From: Octopus sinensis
Lineage: Eukaryota
DNA: 64,000 nt
Assembly (NCBI RefSeq): GCF_006345805.1
Contig: NW_021831853.1
Coordinates: forward strand, 1 to 64,000
Reading direction: 5' to 3'
The position numbers and the translations under genes were made by a program. Positions 37,499 through 48,995 of the stretch are shown here, one piece after another. The notes below the pieces were generated by a model that saw only the letters and a program-made list of their open reading frames with translations, searched no databases and was not told the DNA's origin. Within the stretch, counting starts at the first letter, position 1; each line of letters opens with the position of its first letter.

Positions 37499-39050
37499 GA
37501 AAGGAAACGGGTGGAGTCTCCTTGTGGCTAATAATGATACATCTAGAGATGGTATCACAATAAAATCACTGGTAATTGCGCAACCTGATAATCGCTACCT
37601 CATATGAATGACAAAATATTGTGAATAACGGTGGTAATGAAACCAATGCTGGTGACAGTGTTGCATCCGGTTGGCTCAGAGATTCTGGTCCGGCTCCAGC
37701 CTGTCAATATCCACACGGCGTAGATAGAGCAAGCAAATTAATGCTGTGGTCATGGAGTACCTGAGCAGTTGATGAAAATGGTGCTCAAATTAGGGGTTAC
37801 CGACAACGTATGTATGATCATTTGAGAGAAAAGGGATTGTTTCAACTCACGAACAGAGACTATGTGATCAAGCTAGAGCATTAAGAAAAAAATGTTGGTT
37901 CACAGAACATGGAGCTTGAAGCTATCAATAGACGGGTTATGGACAATAACAACATAGATAAGAATGAAAATACATTTCTTACTAATTCGAGTAATCTCAT
38001 AGCACAGGAAAGGAGCAGTGGTAGTTTACTTGATGAGAGACATATAGATGGTCTAAAAGAAGACGATAAAGCTAATAGCGACATGACAGATTAACAAAAG
38101 GCAATCTACGACAGAATAAACGTAAGACTACAGGAGAAAGATAGCGACATTATTTGCAACCTTAAAAAGGTTGATCGATGAAGATTGAACTAAGAAACGA
38201 AAAATGTCAATGAAATTCTGAAATACACCAGAACAAACAACATCACAGAAACAAATAATTTGATCAGGGCAGCAAGTATTGCTGTAGCGGAAAATCTGGG
38301 TGTCGATGTCAAGAAACAGAAACACAATGAGAGTGACAAAAGAAAAGATCCATGGTTGTAAAGAAGAATCCAGGGAGGGCTAGACATGCTCGCGAAGGAA
38401 ATCTCTGTATTAGACCGAAAAGAGAAAGGGGAGCTTAAAAGCGAACAAAAATACAGGGCGCTGAAAAGGAAGTATAATATTGAATGAAAGGGCCTGAAAG
38501 TAGTAGTGGAGGAATTGAAACAGTACCTCGTTGCAAAGAAAGCAAAGATGGTAAGATACGACCAAAGAATGAAGGATTACCACCAGAATAGGTTATTCGG
38601 AGTAGATCAGAAGAGATTCTATAAAGAAATAAATGGAGAGTGTACAGATGAAAAGTTGATACCAGATAACATTGAAAGTCACAGGTTTTGGAGTGACATC
38701 TGGAGCAAAGACAAGGAGCACAAGAAGGATGCTGAATGGTTGAAAGAACTGAAACAAACAGTAGTCTGTCCAAAACAGGCAGAACTAGTCATTTTAGTTA
38801 GGGAAGTGAAGGAAATCAGCAAAAAAATTAGCAACTGGAAGGCCCCGGGACCAGATGGTGTTCAAGGCTACAGGATCATAAGATTTGGTGAATGTCATGC
38901 ACGAATAGCTGCGCAACTCAACACCTTGTTAAATGCCGACCAAGTAATACCGGAGTGGTGGACATTGGGTAGGACAGTGCTGTGCTTAAAAAAAACATCG
39001 AAAAAGGCAATACAGTAGACAATTACAAGCAGATATCCTAATTGACTGGA
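37499..39050 (+). mobile_element. R4/Dong-like retrotransposon 5' half (5' UTR, N-terminal domain, start of RT), degenerate
   Basis: RGYRQRMYDH...EQRLCDQARAL...LEAINRR, TNNITETNNLIRAA, DPW..RI, RYDQR...QNRLF..DQKRFY, FWSDIWS, NWKAPGPDGVQGY, TLGRTVL. It starts directly after (TAA)n. Confidence 0.88.
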
Positions 39051-39457
39051 ATACTCACAGTGTTATCATGCATATTGTTTTGTATTGGTATAAAGGATGG
39101 GCTACAGTTGAGTTTGTCCCTTAGTGGCTGATGATATGTGCATCTCTGATCACAAGCAGTAGTGGGGAAGTATCATAGCCATGCGTTGATAGGAATTCTT
39201 TGGGGTATTGGATAATTCACCTCTGGAAACTTGGGTGCTTCTTTCAACATCCTTAAACAACACTTATTCAGGGACCTTTTGAGCGGGATGGGCTGAAGAA
39301 ACTTCTAACTGGGTCCCACAAGCAAGGTTATACGCTGTTTATCTTGATATGAGGTCACCATGTTGCGCACATACGGTTGTGATGCATGTGCCTAGTGTAC
39401 CCTTATCAGACGGGCTTCGTATATTTTATCCCAGTGTCACTTAGGCGGCATACATTC

Positions 39458-39458
<1 letters not shown>
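39035..39458 (+). mobile_element. non-coding TAA-associated repeat (copy 1, 5' part missing)
   Basis: Reverse-complement homologue of 53118-53620. It ends in caataataat. Confidence 0.8.
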
Positions 39459-39512
<54 letters not shown>

Positions 39513-39514
<2 letters not shown>

Positions 39515-40030
39515 TTGGACACAAGGCCAGCAGTTTTGGAGGAGGTTTAAGTCGATTACATTGACTCTAGTGCTCGACTGGTACTTATTTAATCAACTCC
39601 GAAAGGATGAAAGGGGCAAAGTCGACCTCGGCGGCATTTAAACTCAGATCGTAAAGAGAGACGAAATACCGCTAAGCATTTCGCCTGGCGTGCTAACGTT
39701 TCTTATTTCTTTATTGCCCACAAGGAGCTAAACATAGAGGGGACAAACAAGAACAGACAAAGGGATTAAGTCAATTACATCGATCCCAGCGCATTTCTAC
39801 TTGCTTGCTAACGATTTTGCCAGCTCACAATAATGGCTTTTAATTTTGGCACAATGCCAGCAACTTTAGGGAAAGTCGATTACATCGACCCCAGTACTAA
39901 ACTGGTTCTATTTTATCGACCACGAAAGGATGAAAAGCAACAGTTGGCCTCGGCAAAATTTGAACTAAGAGCGTAAAGAACCGGAAGAAATGCCGTTAAA
40001 CATTTTGTCCGACGCGCTCAAGATTCTACT
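39513..40030 (-). mobile_element. cluster of three family N SINE copies/fragments, one nested
   Basis: The core gaaaggatgaaa(g)gcaaagtcgacctcggc recurs near 39600 and 39925. A second tail type is inserted near 39704-39790. Confidence 0.8.
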
Positions 40031-40345
40031 TGTTCTCCCCGCAAATAATAATCACTACACAGAAGGAGAATACAATAAAGACTTCGAGTGGCATAGGGTT
40101 GAAGTTTTTCACAAAGGAGTCAACAATAAAAAAAAACGAAAAAACAACAACATATATTGCACAAATCGATCGAGAATATTGGAGAACAGTCTTGTGATCC
40201 GCAAACAAGCAAGAGGGAACCAGCTAGCAAAACTGCATTTTAAATTTTGTAATCAAAGCAACCGATAACCTTTCTATATATATCCTCCCTACTTCTTTTT
40301 CTCTGAAGAAGGACTATATTCGAAACGTTAAAATTCCTTTACTTC
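40030..40345 (+). mobile_element. Penelope-like 3' remnant (GIY-YIG C-terminus-like text and tail)
   Basis: FEWHRVEVFHK...KKR...ILE...I resembles the GIY-YIG end. A CTGAAGA...GAAACGTT motif lies at 40303-40329. Confidence 0.5.
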
Positions 40346-40569
40346 TCACAGGGCGAAGTAAATCATTGAACTCTTCTATAGCATCTCTTATAGATTCATT
40401 TTCATGAAGGCGGACAAGTTTCCACGAATTCCTGAATTAACAGGATTATATTAATCTTCTTTATCCGTGTGTCCTCGTCTGTTTATTTATTTATTTATTT
40501 ATTTATTCTGTGTATGTTCTGCTATCTAGTGGTGGTGTAATAGAAGTAGTACTGCTGTTGAATGTAATA

Positions 40570-40602
40570 ATACTGGCAGCAGCAGCAGCAGCAGCAACAG
40601 CG

Positions 40603-40662
<60 letters not shown>

Positions 40663-41218
40663 TGGTGGTGGTGGTGGTAGTAGTTAGTAGTAGTGGTGGT
40701 GGTGGTGGTATCGGTGGTTTGGTAGCGGTGGTGGTGGTGGTAGTGGCAGTGGTGGTGGTAGCGGTGGTGGTGGTGGTGGTGGTTGTGGTGGTGGTGGTGG
40801 TTGTGGCGACGGGGGCGGCGGTGGTGATGATTGTAATAGAACTAGTGGTAGTATGTAATGTCCTGCATGTTTTTTTTAATAGTAACTGTGACAAAATTGA
40901 TAGTGATGATAATGGTAACAATGGCGGTGATGGTGGTGGTGATGGCGGCGGTAGTTACGCTGCTGGAACCAGCAGTGAAGTGGGGGGGGTGAGGGTGGAA
41001 TGCTGGGTTGAAGTTTGTTGAAGTGGTAATGTCTGGGATGGTTGTGAACATATTGGGTGGGTAGGGTGTCTATTTCACAGAGGAGGTAGTAGTAGTAGTA
41101 GTAGTAGTAGTAGCAGCAGCAGCAGCAGTGGTAAAAGTAGTAGTAGTAGTAGTGGTAGTAGCAGCAGCAATAGCAGTATTGTTGTTGTTGTTGTTATTAT
41201 TATTATTATTATTATTAT

Positions 41219-41259
<41 letters not shown>

Positions 41260-41630
41260 ATGGTGGTGGTGGTGGTGGTGGTGGCGGCGGTGGTGGTGTC
41301 GGTGGCTTATGTAACCCTGTCCAGCTGGGCGGTAGTTTAGGTACAAGTAATAAACGTGTGGTAATGACGGTGGTGGTGGTGGGTGTATTATTGATGGTTG
41401 CGCTGGTGGTAGAAGTAGTTGTAATGGATGTGATGGTGGGGGGGATGGCTTATGTAACAGTCCTCTGGTGTCGTAATATAGGTACTAGGGGCGGCGGCAG
41501 CAGCAGAAGCAGCAACAGTAGTAGTAGTAGTAATAGTAGTAGTAGTAGTAGCAGCAGCAGCAGCAGTAGCAGTAGCAGTAGTAGTAGTAGTGGTAGTAGT
41601 GGTAGTAGTAGTAGTAGTAGTAGTAGTTTC
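40570..41630. repeat. GC-rich compound trinucleotide array (GCA/GTA/GTG/GGC)n
   Basis: Direct reading of the sequence. Confidence 0.9.
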
Positions 41631-42524
41631 TGGGGTGCTGTGCTCTTCCGTGTGTTTCGAAAAAATTTTTTGTTTTGTTTGTTTCCCATGTTCTTTCTCG
41701 TATATTTTTTTGTAATAATTTTTTTTTTTATTTACATTTTTTCTCTTCTTCCTTCCTCCCTTGAAACCAGCCTCCTACGCCAGACCAACATACTAATCAC
41801 CCCACCCCACTCCCGCACAACATACTCCACCACACACACATACCGCCCTGTACCCACACCGTGTTACCATATACCATTCCATACCATACGGCTGCTCTTT
41901 GAAGATCGGAAGTTGGCGTTGTGCAACGGTGAACAACAAGAACAACATACTTGAATAACACAAAAGAATCGGCAAATACACGTCTTCTTTTTAGATACAC
42001 CCTCGCGCACGCACACACACACACACACACACATACATACGTACATACACACACATAGACACACACACACACATTACCTCCTACACGCACTATCACCGTC
42101 TCCAGTAGCAGCTGCACCAACACTACCAACAACCTTCACCACCACCATCATCATCATCATCATCATCACCACCACCACCACAACAATCCTCACCATCACC
42201 ATCGCTACCACTACCCCGTCAATAAGAACCACTATCACTACCACACCATCGCTATCATCGCCACCAAATCACCATCATCAAAATGACGATCGCTTCTTTT
42301 TGAGAACATTACGAGAACAGTTTAGAATTTGTGTGTAAGTTGCCATAAAACAATTGAAAAAAGAAAAACTGGATGGCTGAGGGTTCGGAGATAAACAGCA
42401 TCGATAGTATACAAAATCTGTAAACACAAGGATGAGACAATCGTCCTGAAGTAGAAGGGACCCCAATTTGGGCCAATTGAGGAACTTCACAGTTCTAAGA
42501 TCACCCTGACTGCCATGGTAACAA

Positions 42525-42655
42525 GCCCTCGTCCAGTTGTTCTTCAATATACTGGGTCGGTAAATTAAGTACCAGTTGCATACTGGGTTCATTTAATCGA
42601 CTAGTTCCCCCCCCCCCACAATTTCGGGTCTTGTGCTTAGAGTGGAAAAAATAAT
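42525..42655 (+). mobile_element. SINE family N 3' fragment
   Basis: gggtcggtaaattaagtaccagttgcatactgggttcatttaatcgact. Confidence 0.65.
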
Positions 42656-42790
42656 CTTCAGGGGCAGGGTCCGAGCGAAATCGTGACATTTATATATTAC
42701 TACAATCACAAATACATCTACAATAACGATCACTATAACTGCAACCAAGACTATGTCCTAACAACCACAAGTATATTTACAAGTACTACC

Positions 42791-43021
42791 TATTTCTTTA
42801 TTACCCACAAGGGGCTAAACACAGAGGGGACAAACAAGGACAGACATAGGTATTAAGTCGATTACATCGACCCCAGTGCGTAACTGGTACTTAATTTATC
42901 GACCCTGAAAGGATGAAAGGCAAAGTCGACCTCGGCGGAATTTGAACTCAGAACGTAGCCGCTGACGAAATACCGCTAAGCATTTCGCCCGGCGTGCTAA
43001 CGCTTCTGCCAGCTCGCCGCC
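42791..43021 (-). mobile_element. SINE family N, young full-length copy with 15-bp TSD
   Basis: Intact head and core. tttacaagtactacc occurs at 42776-42790 and 43022-43036. Confidence 0.93.
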
Positions 43022-43279
43022 TTTACAAGTACTACCGCCGCAACTACCACCACCAGAACTATCATCACAACAACCACAGCATCGACATCCACAACAACCA
43101 CCTACACTACGACTACAGAAACCATTACAACTACTACAACAACAACGAGCACTACAATTGCAACTGGAACTACCGCTACAACCACACACACCATCACAAC
43201 CACCACTACTAACCCACTACATTGTTAACCATCACACCATCACCACCACGGCGCTCGTCACGAAATAAGGCATATACAT

Positions 43280-43355
43280 ACATATATATGTATGTATGGT
43301 ATGTATGTATGTATGTATGTATGTATGTATGTATGCATGTATGTATGTATGTATG

Positions 43356-43389
<34 letters not shown>

Positions 43390-43435
43390 TGTATGTATGT
43401 ATGTATGTATGTATGTATGTATGTATGTATGTATG

Positions 43436-43469
<34 letters not shown>

Positions 43470-43507
43470 TGTATGTATGTATGTATGCATGTATGTATGT
43501 ATGTATG

Positions 43508-43541
<34 letters not shown>

Positions 43542-43835
43542 TGTATGTATGTATGTATGTATGTGTGTATATGTATGTATGTATGTATGTATGTATATAT
43601 GTATGTATGTGTGTATATGCATGCATGTATGTATGTATGTATGTATGTATGTATGTACGTATGCATGTATGTATGTATGTATGTATGTATGTATGTATGT
43701 ATGTATGTATGTATGTATGTGTGTATATGTATGTATGTATGTATGTATGTATATATGTATGTATGTGTGTATATGCATGCATGTATGTATGTATGTATGT
43801 ATGTATGTATGTATGTATGTATGTATGTATGTGTG

Positions 43836-43867
<32 letters not shown>

Positions 43868-43980
43868 TGTATATATGTATGTGTGTATATGCATGCATGT
43901 ATGTATGTATGTATGTATGTATGTATGTATGGTATGTATGTATGTATGTATGTATGCATGTATGTATGTATGTATGTGTA
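43280..43980. repeat. about 700-bp (ATGT)n array with variant units
   Basis: Direct reading of the sequence. Confidence 0.97.
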
Positions 43981-44171
43981 TGTCCGTCAATGGTGAGTGT
44001 AAAAGCGTGTGCGTGTTTGATTTAGAAACAGCTTTATTTCATACGAATAGTGATATGCAAACACATACATGCATAAATGTGTGTGCATGTGTGTGTGTGT
44101 GTTTTTGTGTATGTATGTAAATATTTATGCGCGCGTGTGTGTGTGTGTGTGTGTGCGTGTGTGTGTGTTAT

Positions 44172-44339
44172 AAAGTATGAAAGAGAAAGTAAAAGGATGA
44201 GAATGTTTGGACCCTATAGATTTTTAAGAAAGCTTTCAAGTTACCTCAAAAAAAGACTTTCATGTTTATACTTTAATATCCTTATCAGAAAATTACAGAT
44301 CCATTTGTTTTAAAACATATACATACATACATACATACA

Positions 44340-44374
<35 letters not shown>

Positions 44375-44595
44375 TTATATATACACACACTCGTACACGC
44401 GATATGCGCTTCTTTAATGCGTGTATGTGTGAGTATTGTGTATTATCGATTATGTTGTTTTTGTGTACATGTGTGTGTGTAAACGTGTGTGTACTGGGAA
44501 GAGATTTACTTCTCTATTCAGACATAAAAGGAAAGCTTTTTTGCTCAGATTTTATAATCATTGTTAATAATAAATGCGTCTTTTTATACCCGACA
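44172..44595 (+). repeat. two-block non-coding unit, copy 1 (copies 2 and 3 at about 54905-55520 and 60392-60760)
   Basis: Block A 44172-44313 is identical to 60392-60533. Block B (gaagagatt...aaggaaagc...ttgttaata) is present in all three copies. Confidence 0.9.
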
Positions 44596-44670
44596 GTATT
44601 ATATATATATATATAATATATATATATATACGTTTGTGTATGTATGTGTATATATGTATGTATATATATA

Positions 44671-44727
<57 letters not shown>

Positions 44728-44741
44728 GTATGTAATATGTA

Positions 44742-44785
<44 letters not shown>

Positions 44786-45222
44786 TGTATTCACAGACAC
44801 TCAATCGCACGCAACCATAATGTTATTCATAATCATAGCGTTCCTATTATTATTTCTACTTCAATATATTCTGTTCGATCTTAATTCTTGCGAACTTAGA
44901 ATATGATTTGCTGAGAAGGTCTAACAAGATTGAAAGATAGTCCGGTTGACTTTATTGACGAGATTTACTGCGACCTTCAACGTTTATATTTTTCAAAAAT
45001 TTCAGTGGGCTAATCTTCTTGGAATTATCTTTTTTGCTTGATTTTAAATACTCCCAGAAGGAGCTACTGTCGAATAATTACATAGATAATCTACATAGCA
45101 TGTCACAAATTCTTCTCTTGGTGTTATTAAAATGTTTCGATGGGAGGAGTCACTTATAATTTACGAGTGTTTTCATAAGGTATATATTCGAGATCTGCTC
45201 AAATACACATATATTCATGTAA

Positions 45223-45665
45223 GGCGTGGCTGTGTGGTAAGAAGTTTGCTTCCTAACCAGATGGTCGCAGGTTCAGTCCCACTGCGTTGCACCTTGGGCA
45301 AGTATCTTCTACTATAGCCTCGGGCTGACCAAAGCCTTGTGAGTGGATTTGGTAAACGGAAACTGGAAGAAACCGTGTGTGTGAGTTCGTGCGTGCGTGT
45401 GTGTGTGTGTGTGTATGTGTGTGTGTGTGTGTGTTTGTATGAGTTGTTTGGCTTTGTGTCTGTGTTCGTCCCCTCTATCGCTTGACAACCGGTGTTCGTG
45501 TGTTTACGTTCCCATAACTTAGCGGCTCGGCCAAAGAGACCGATAGAATAAGTACCGGGCTCAGCAAAAAAAATTAAGTACTGGGGTTGATTAATTCGAC
45601 TAAAAGTTCTTCAAGGAGGTGCTCTAGCATGGTCGCAGTCTAATGACAGAAACAAATAGAAAAAG
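45223..45665 (+). mobile_element. CORE-like SINE family A, full length
   Basis: Head, core, internal (TG)n, body and tail are all present. Confidence 0.9.
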
Positions 45666-45769
45666 GACAGATTAAAAGAATGTACTCTTTTATTGTCTTT
45701 TTCAGTTACAGTCAATTGACTGCAACCATGCTGCAGCAGTGCCTTTTTGTTGAAGTTAACTATTAATTA

Positions 45770-45950
45770 AGATAGTAGCAACAGATCTTCCTTGAGTGTA
45801 ACCTTGTAAAATTGCCTGGTCCGTTATTATGGTCAGGAGTTCATCCAATGCCTTCCTGAATTTTTTGAATAAGGTCCCTCTTACGTTTCTCATTTCTGTA
45901 GGTTGATAGCCGAACACTTGATGACACCCTAAATATCAGATTGCTGCAGT
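45770..45950 (-). mobile_element. CR1/L2-group LINE 3'-end remnant
   Basis: The minus strand reads RNVRGTLFKKFRKALDELLTIITDQ, similar to the LR.L.G....FK..LD..L..IPD.P C-terminus of this group. Confidence 0.45.
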
Positions 45951-46025
45951 ACGCACACAGACACACAGACACAGACACAGACACACAGACACAGACACAG
46001 ACACAGACACAGACACACACACACA

Positions 46026-46098
<73 letters not shown>

Positions 46099-46124
46099 CC
46101 TATGTGATAGATATAGCATACGAT

Positions 46125-46290
46125 ATATGTGACCAACCAGAATATCAAATGTTGTTACACATCGCTAACCACAATGCGCTTTGCATCGTTTTAACTTTCG
46201 AATGACGCCATCCCGCTGGCTAAGCGAGCAGGCCCACATTCCGCCGCGCCCCCTGCTCGAAAGAAGGGCTGGAGCAACGTGAAATGAATT
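46125..46290 (-). mobile_element. SINE family C 3' part
   Basis: cccgctggctaagcgagcaggcc and ggagcaacgtgaaatgaa are shared with 25849-26113. Confidence 0.75.
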
Positions 46291-46553
46291 TATCGTCCCA
46301 CATATCTACATTGTTTCGAGTGGAGGCGTATCTACTTCATATATATTCGATCGATATATTAACATAAGCAAATTTAACTCATTTTCCCGTAAATGACAAA
46401 AAAAAAAAAATGAAAAAAAGCTATTTTCGAACTTCATTTGACAAATCTCTGGGGAATAAACAGCCAATCTGTTTTTAATGCCACACATTCAGTAGCTTCA
46501 TAGAACTGGAGTTACTACTTTGCATACTGTGGTAACACTTACTTATATTATTA

Positions 46554-46623
<70 letters not shown>

Positions 46624-46628
<5 letters not shown>

Positions 46629-46872
46629 CTTGATCACCTTCACCGACCAGTCCGTAGGGCGTCCATTTGACACCGCTGGTCACAGCACGCTGTCCACTCC
46701 TCTCTGGATCGCGCCTTTCTCATCCACGTGATCCCAATCCTCCTCTTGAAATCGTAATTCCACCGTCGTGGAGGCCTTCCGGGTGGTCGTTTCCACTCGC
46801 ACGAGTACCCTCGACAACTGCGCGGGTCCACCGATTATCGGTGAGCCGGGCGACGTGTCTAGCCCATCTACA
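46624..46872 (-). mobile_element. RTE-clade LINE 3' end inside (TA)n
   Basis: WARHVARLTDNRWTRAVV...KRPPGRPPRRW...WMRKARSREEW, with tail tgaaggtgatcaaggtgata. (TA)n flanks both sides. Confidence 0.85.
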
Positions 46873-46885
46873 CTATATATATATA

Positions 46886-46946
<61 letters not shown>

Positions 46947-47002
46947 ATATATATATCTATATATAAGTCTCTCTCTAAAGAAGACTACGACAGCAGTACT
47001 GG

Positions 47003-47388
47003 ATATTAATAGCTATCGCCAAGCTCTAACAAATGCTGCCGTCGATTAGCTCCAAGAGGCCATCACCTCTAGCTAGCTATGTGACACACGAACCTGTGTC
47101 CATTACAACCTTCGAACAGGGGAGGCCAGCCGCTTCCCCTTGCTGGTCTGGCCTTTACAGACTAGTTTCAGGATATTTGCCCCTTATCAATGTAGAGCAA
47201 CCGAAACTAGTCTGTAGATGCCAGACCAGCAAGGGGAGGCGACTGACTTCCCCTGTTCGAATGTTATGGGCACAAATTGGTGTGTTACATAGCTAGCTAG
47301 AGGCGATGGCCCGATGGCCTCTTGGAGCTAATCAACGGCAGCATTCGTCCTATTTTCCTGGACTGCCATGTTAGCTTGGCGACAACTA

Positions 47389-47395
<7 letters not shown>
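47003..47395. mobile_element. long-TIR foldback MITE (about 165-bp arms)
   Basis: The left arm to ...tacagactagtttc (about 47169) pairs with gaaactagtctgta... to ctattaatat, around a loop of about 33 bp. Confidence 0.9.
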
Positions 47396-47431
<36 letters not shown>

Positions 47432-48049
47432 TCACACACACACACACACACACACACACATAACTATATATATATATATATATATGCTTCATTGTAAACA
47501 TTTTAGTTCATCTAAAAATGAGGGTTTTTTTCACTAAAAGTGATCCATAAATATTTATATAAGAATCTGAGTTACAACATAACGTATGTCATAGTAACAG
47601 AAGAATAAGAATAGAATTGAACGTAGGAATCCTGAATGTATCAAACGGGGGATATAGATATCGTTGGTGGGAGGGGTGAGTTGTTTCCCATAGGTAGTTA
47701 TAAGAATGAAAGGATACAAAAAGTGAATACTGTACAAAATACGGCTGAGAGGAGGAAGGGAGTTAACTGCTATGTAGCAATAAATGTCGAAAGTAAAAGA
47801 GTTAATGTTATAAGATATCAAAGAGTGAATTGTTATAAAGCGTAGTGAGATCTGGACTTCCTATAAGTAGACGAAAATTGATGAGGTTAACAAAAGAGAG
47901 TGTAGTGGTTCAGATCAATAGTTAAATATTGATCCATTCTACTGTATTGAAATGAGTATGGCAAGATAATAGGTAGAAAATATCAAAGACTTTAATTGTA
48001 ATAAATCACAAGGAGATTAAGAGAGGGAAATAGATAGTGTGTATAAATG

Positions 48050-48430
48050 TTCTTGTTAAATGGTTAAGGCGATGGTATGATCTTCCACTGTTTGAAAGTG
48101 TACTTGTCAAAGTGGTGACATATAGTAAGGATCTCTGTCTAGACATTTACATAGTTTTCAGATTATTATTTGTTTTTAACATGAAATTTCTCAGCAATGC
48201 ACAACCTGTAAAATTTTTGCCCCGTTTCTGTATGCTTTGCGTCTCTCAAAGTTTCCACTTCTTTCTAAGTAGAGGCTCAATTAGATACTTTGTTCTATTC
48301 CCTTTTTCTATATTTCTAATGGTAGAAATTTGGTTGACGGTTTTCTGCTTGAATTTATCGTCCCACATAACTACATTGAATTTCAAAGTTTGTTTCGAGT
48401 GGAGGCGTCATCTACTTCATATATATTCTT
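48050..48430 (-). mobile_element. Penelope-like GIY-YIG C-terminal remnant
   Basis: The minus strand reads RTKYL..., RLCIAEKFH, NV.TEIL.ICHH, resembling the T.LS.Y / C.LC..EK / LNKR.E....CRH pattern. Confidence 0.55.
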
Positions 48431-48536
48431 TTTCACAGCTGCATCTATACTCTAAAGAAGTCCACAAAAAACAGACGTTTAATGATGGAAGCAATGTTCA
48501 TGAAACAATACAATACACTATAACATACACTAATCA

Positions 48537-48704
48537 CGCGTGACTGTGTGGTAAGAGGGTTCCTTCCCAACCACATGGTTCCGGGTTCAGTCCCACTGCA
48601 TGGCACTTGGGCAAGTGTCTTCTACTATAGCCTCGGGCCGACCAAAGCCTTGTGAGTCGATTTGGTAGACGGAACCTGAAAGAAGCTCGTCGTATGTATG
48701 TATG

Positions 48705-48795
<91 letters not shown>

Positions 48796-48995
48796 ATGTA
48801 TGTATGTATGTATGTATGTATGTATGTATAATGTATGTGTCTTTGTGTCTGTGTTTGTACTCCAGCATCGCTTGACAACCGATACTTGTGTTTACGTCCC
48901 CGTAACTTAGCGGTTCAACAAAAAGACCGATAAAATAAGTCCTAGAGTTGGTTTCTTCGTCTAAAACCCTTCAAGGTGGTCGCAGTCAAATAAAG
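48537..48995 (+). mobile_element. CORE-like SINE family A
   Basis: Head, core, internal (TA)(TG)(TATG)n and body. Confidence 0.88.

Noticed and set aside
43209-44120. Six overlapping long ORFs (229-274 aa, MYVC/HTYI repeats)
   Set aside because: They are translations of the (ATGT)n array, which is stop-free in several frames. There is no coding signal.
45900-45950. Possible exon after tttctcattttctgtag (VDSRTLDDTLNIRLL)
   Set aside because: The opposite strand is better explained as a decayed CR1/L2-type 3' end, and there is no supporting gene structure.
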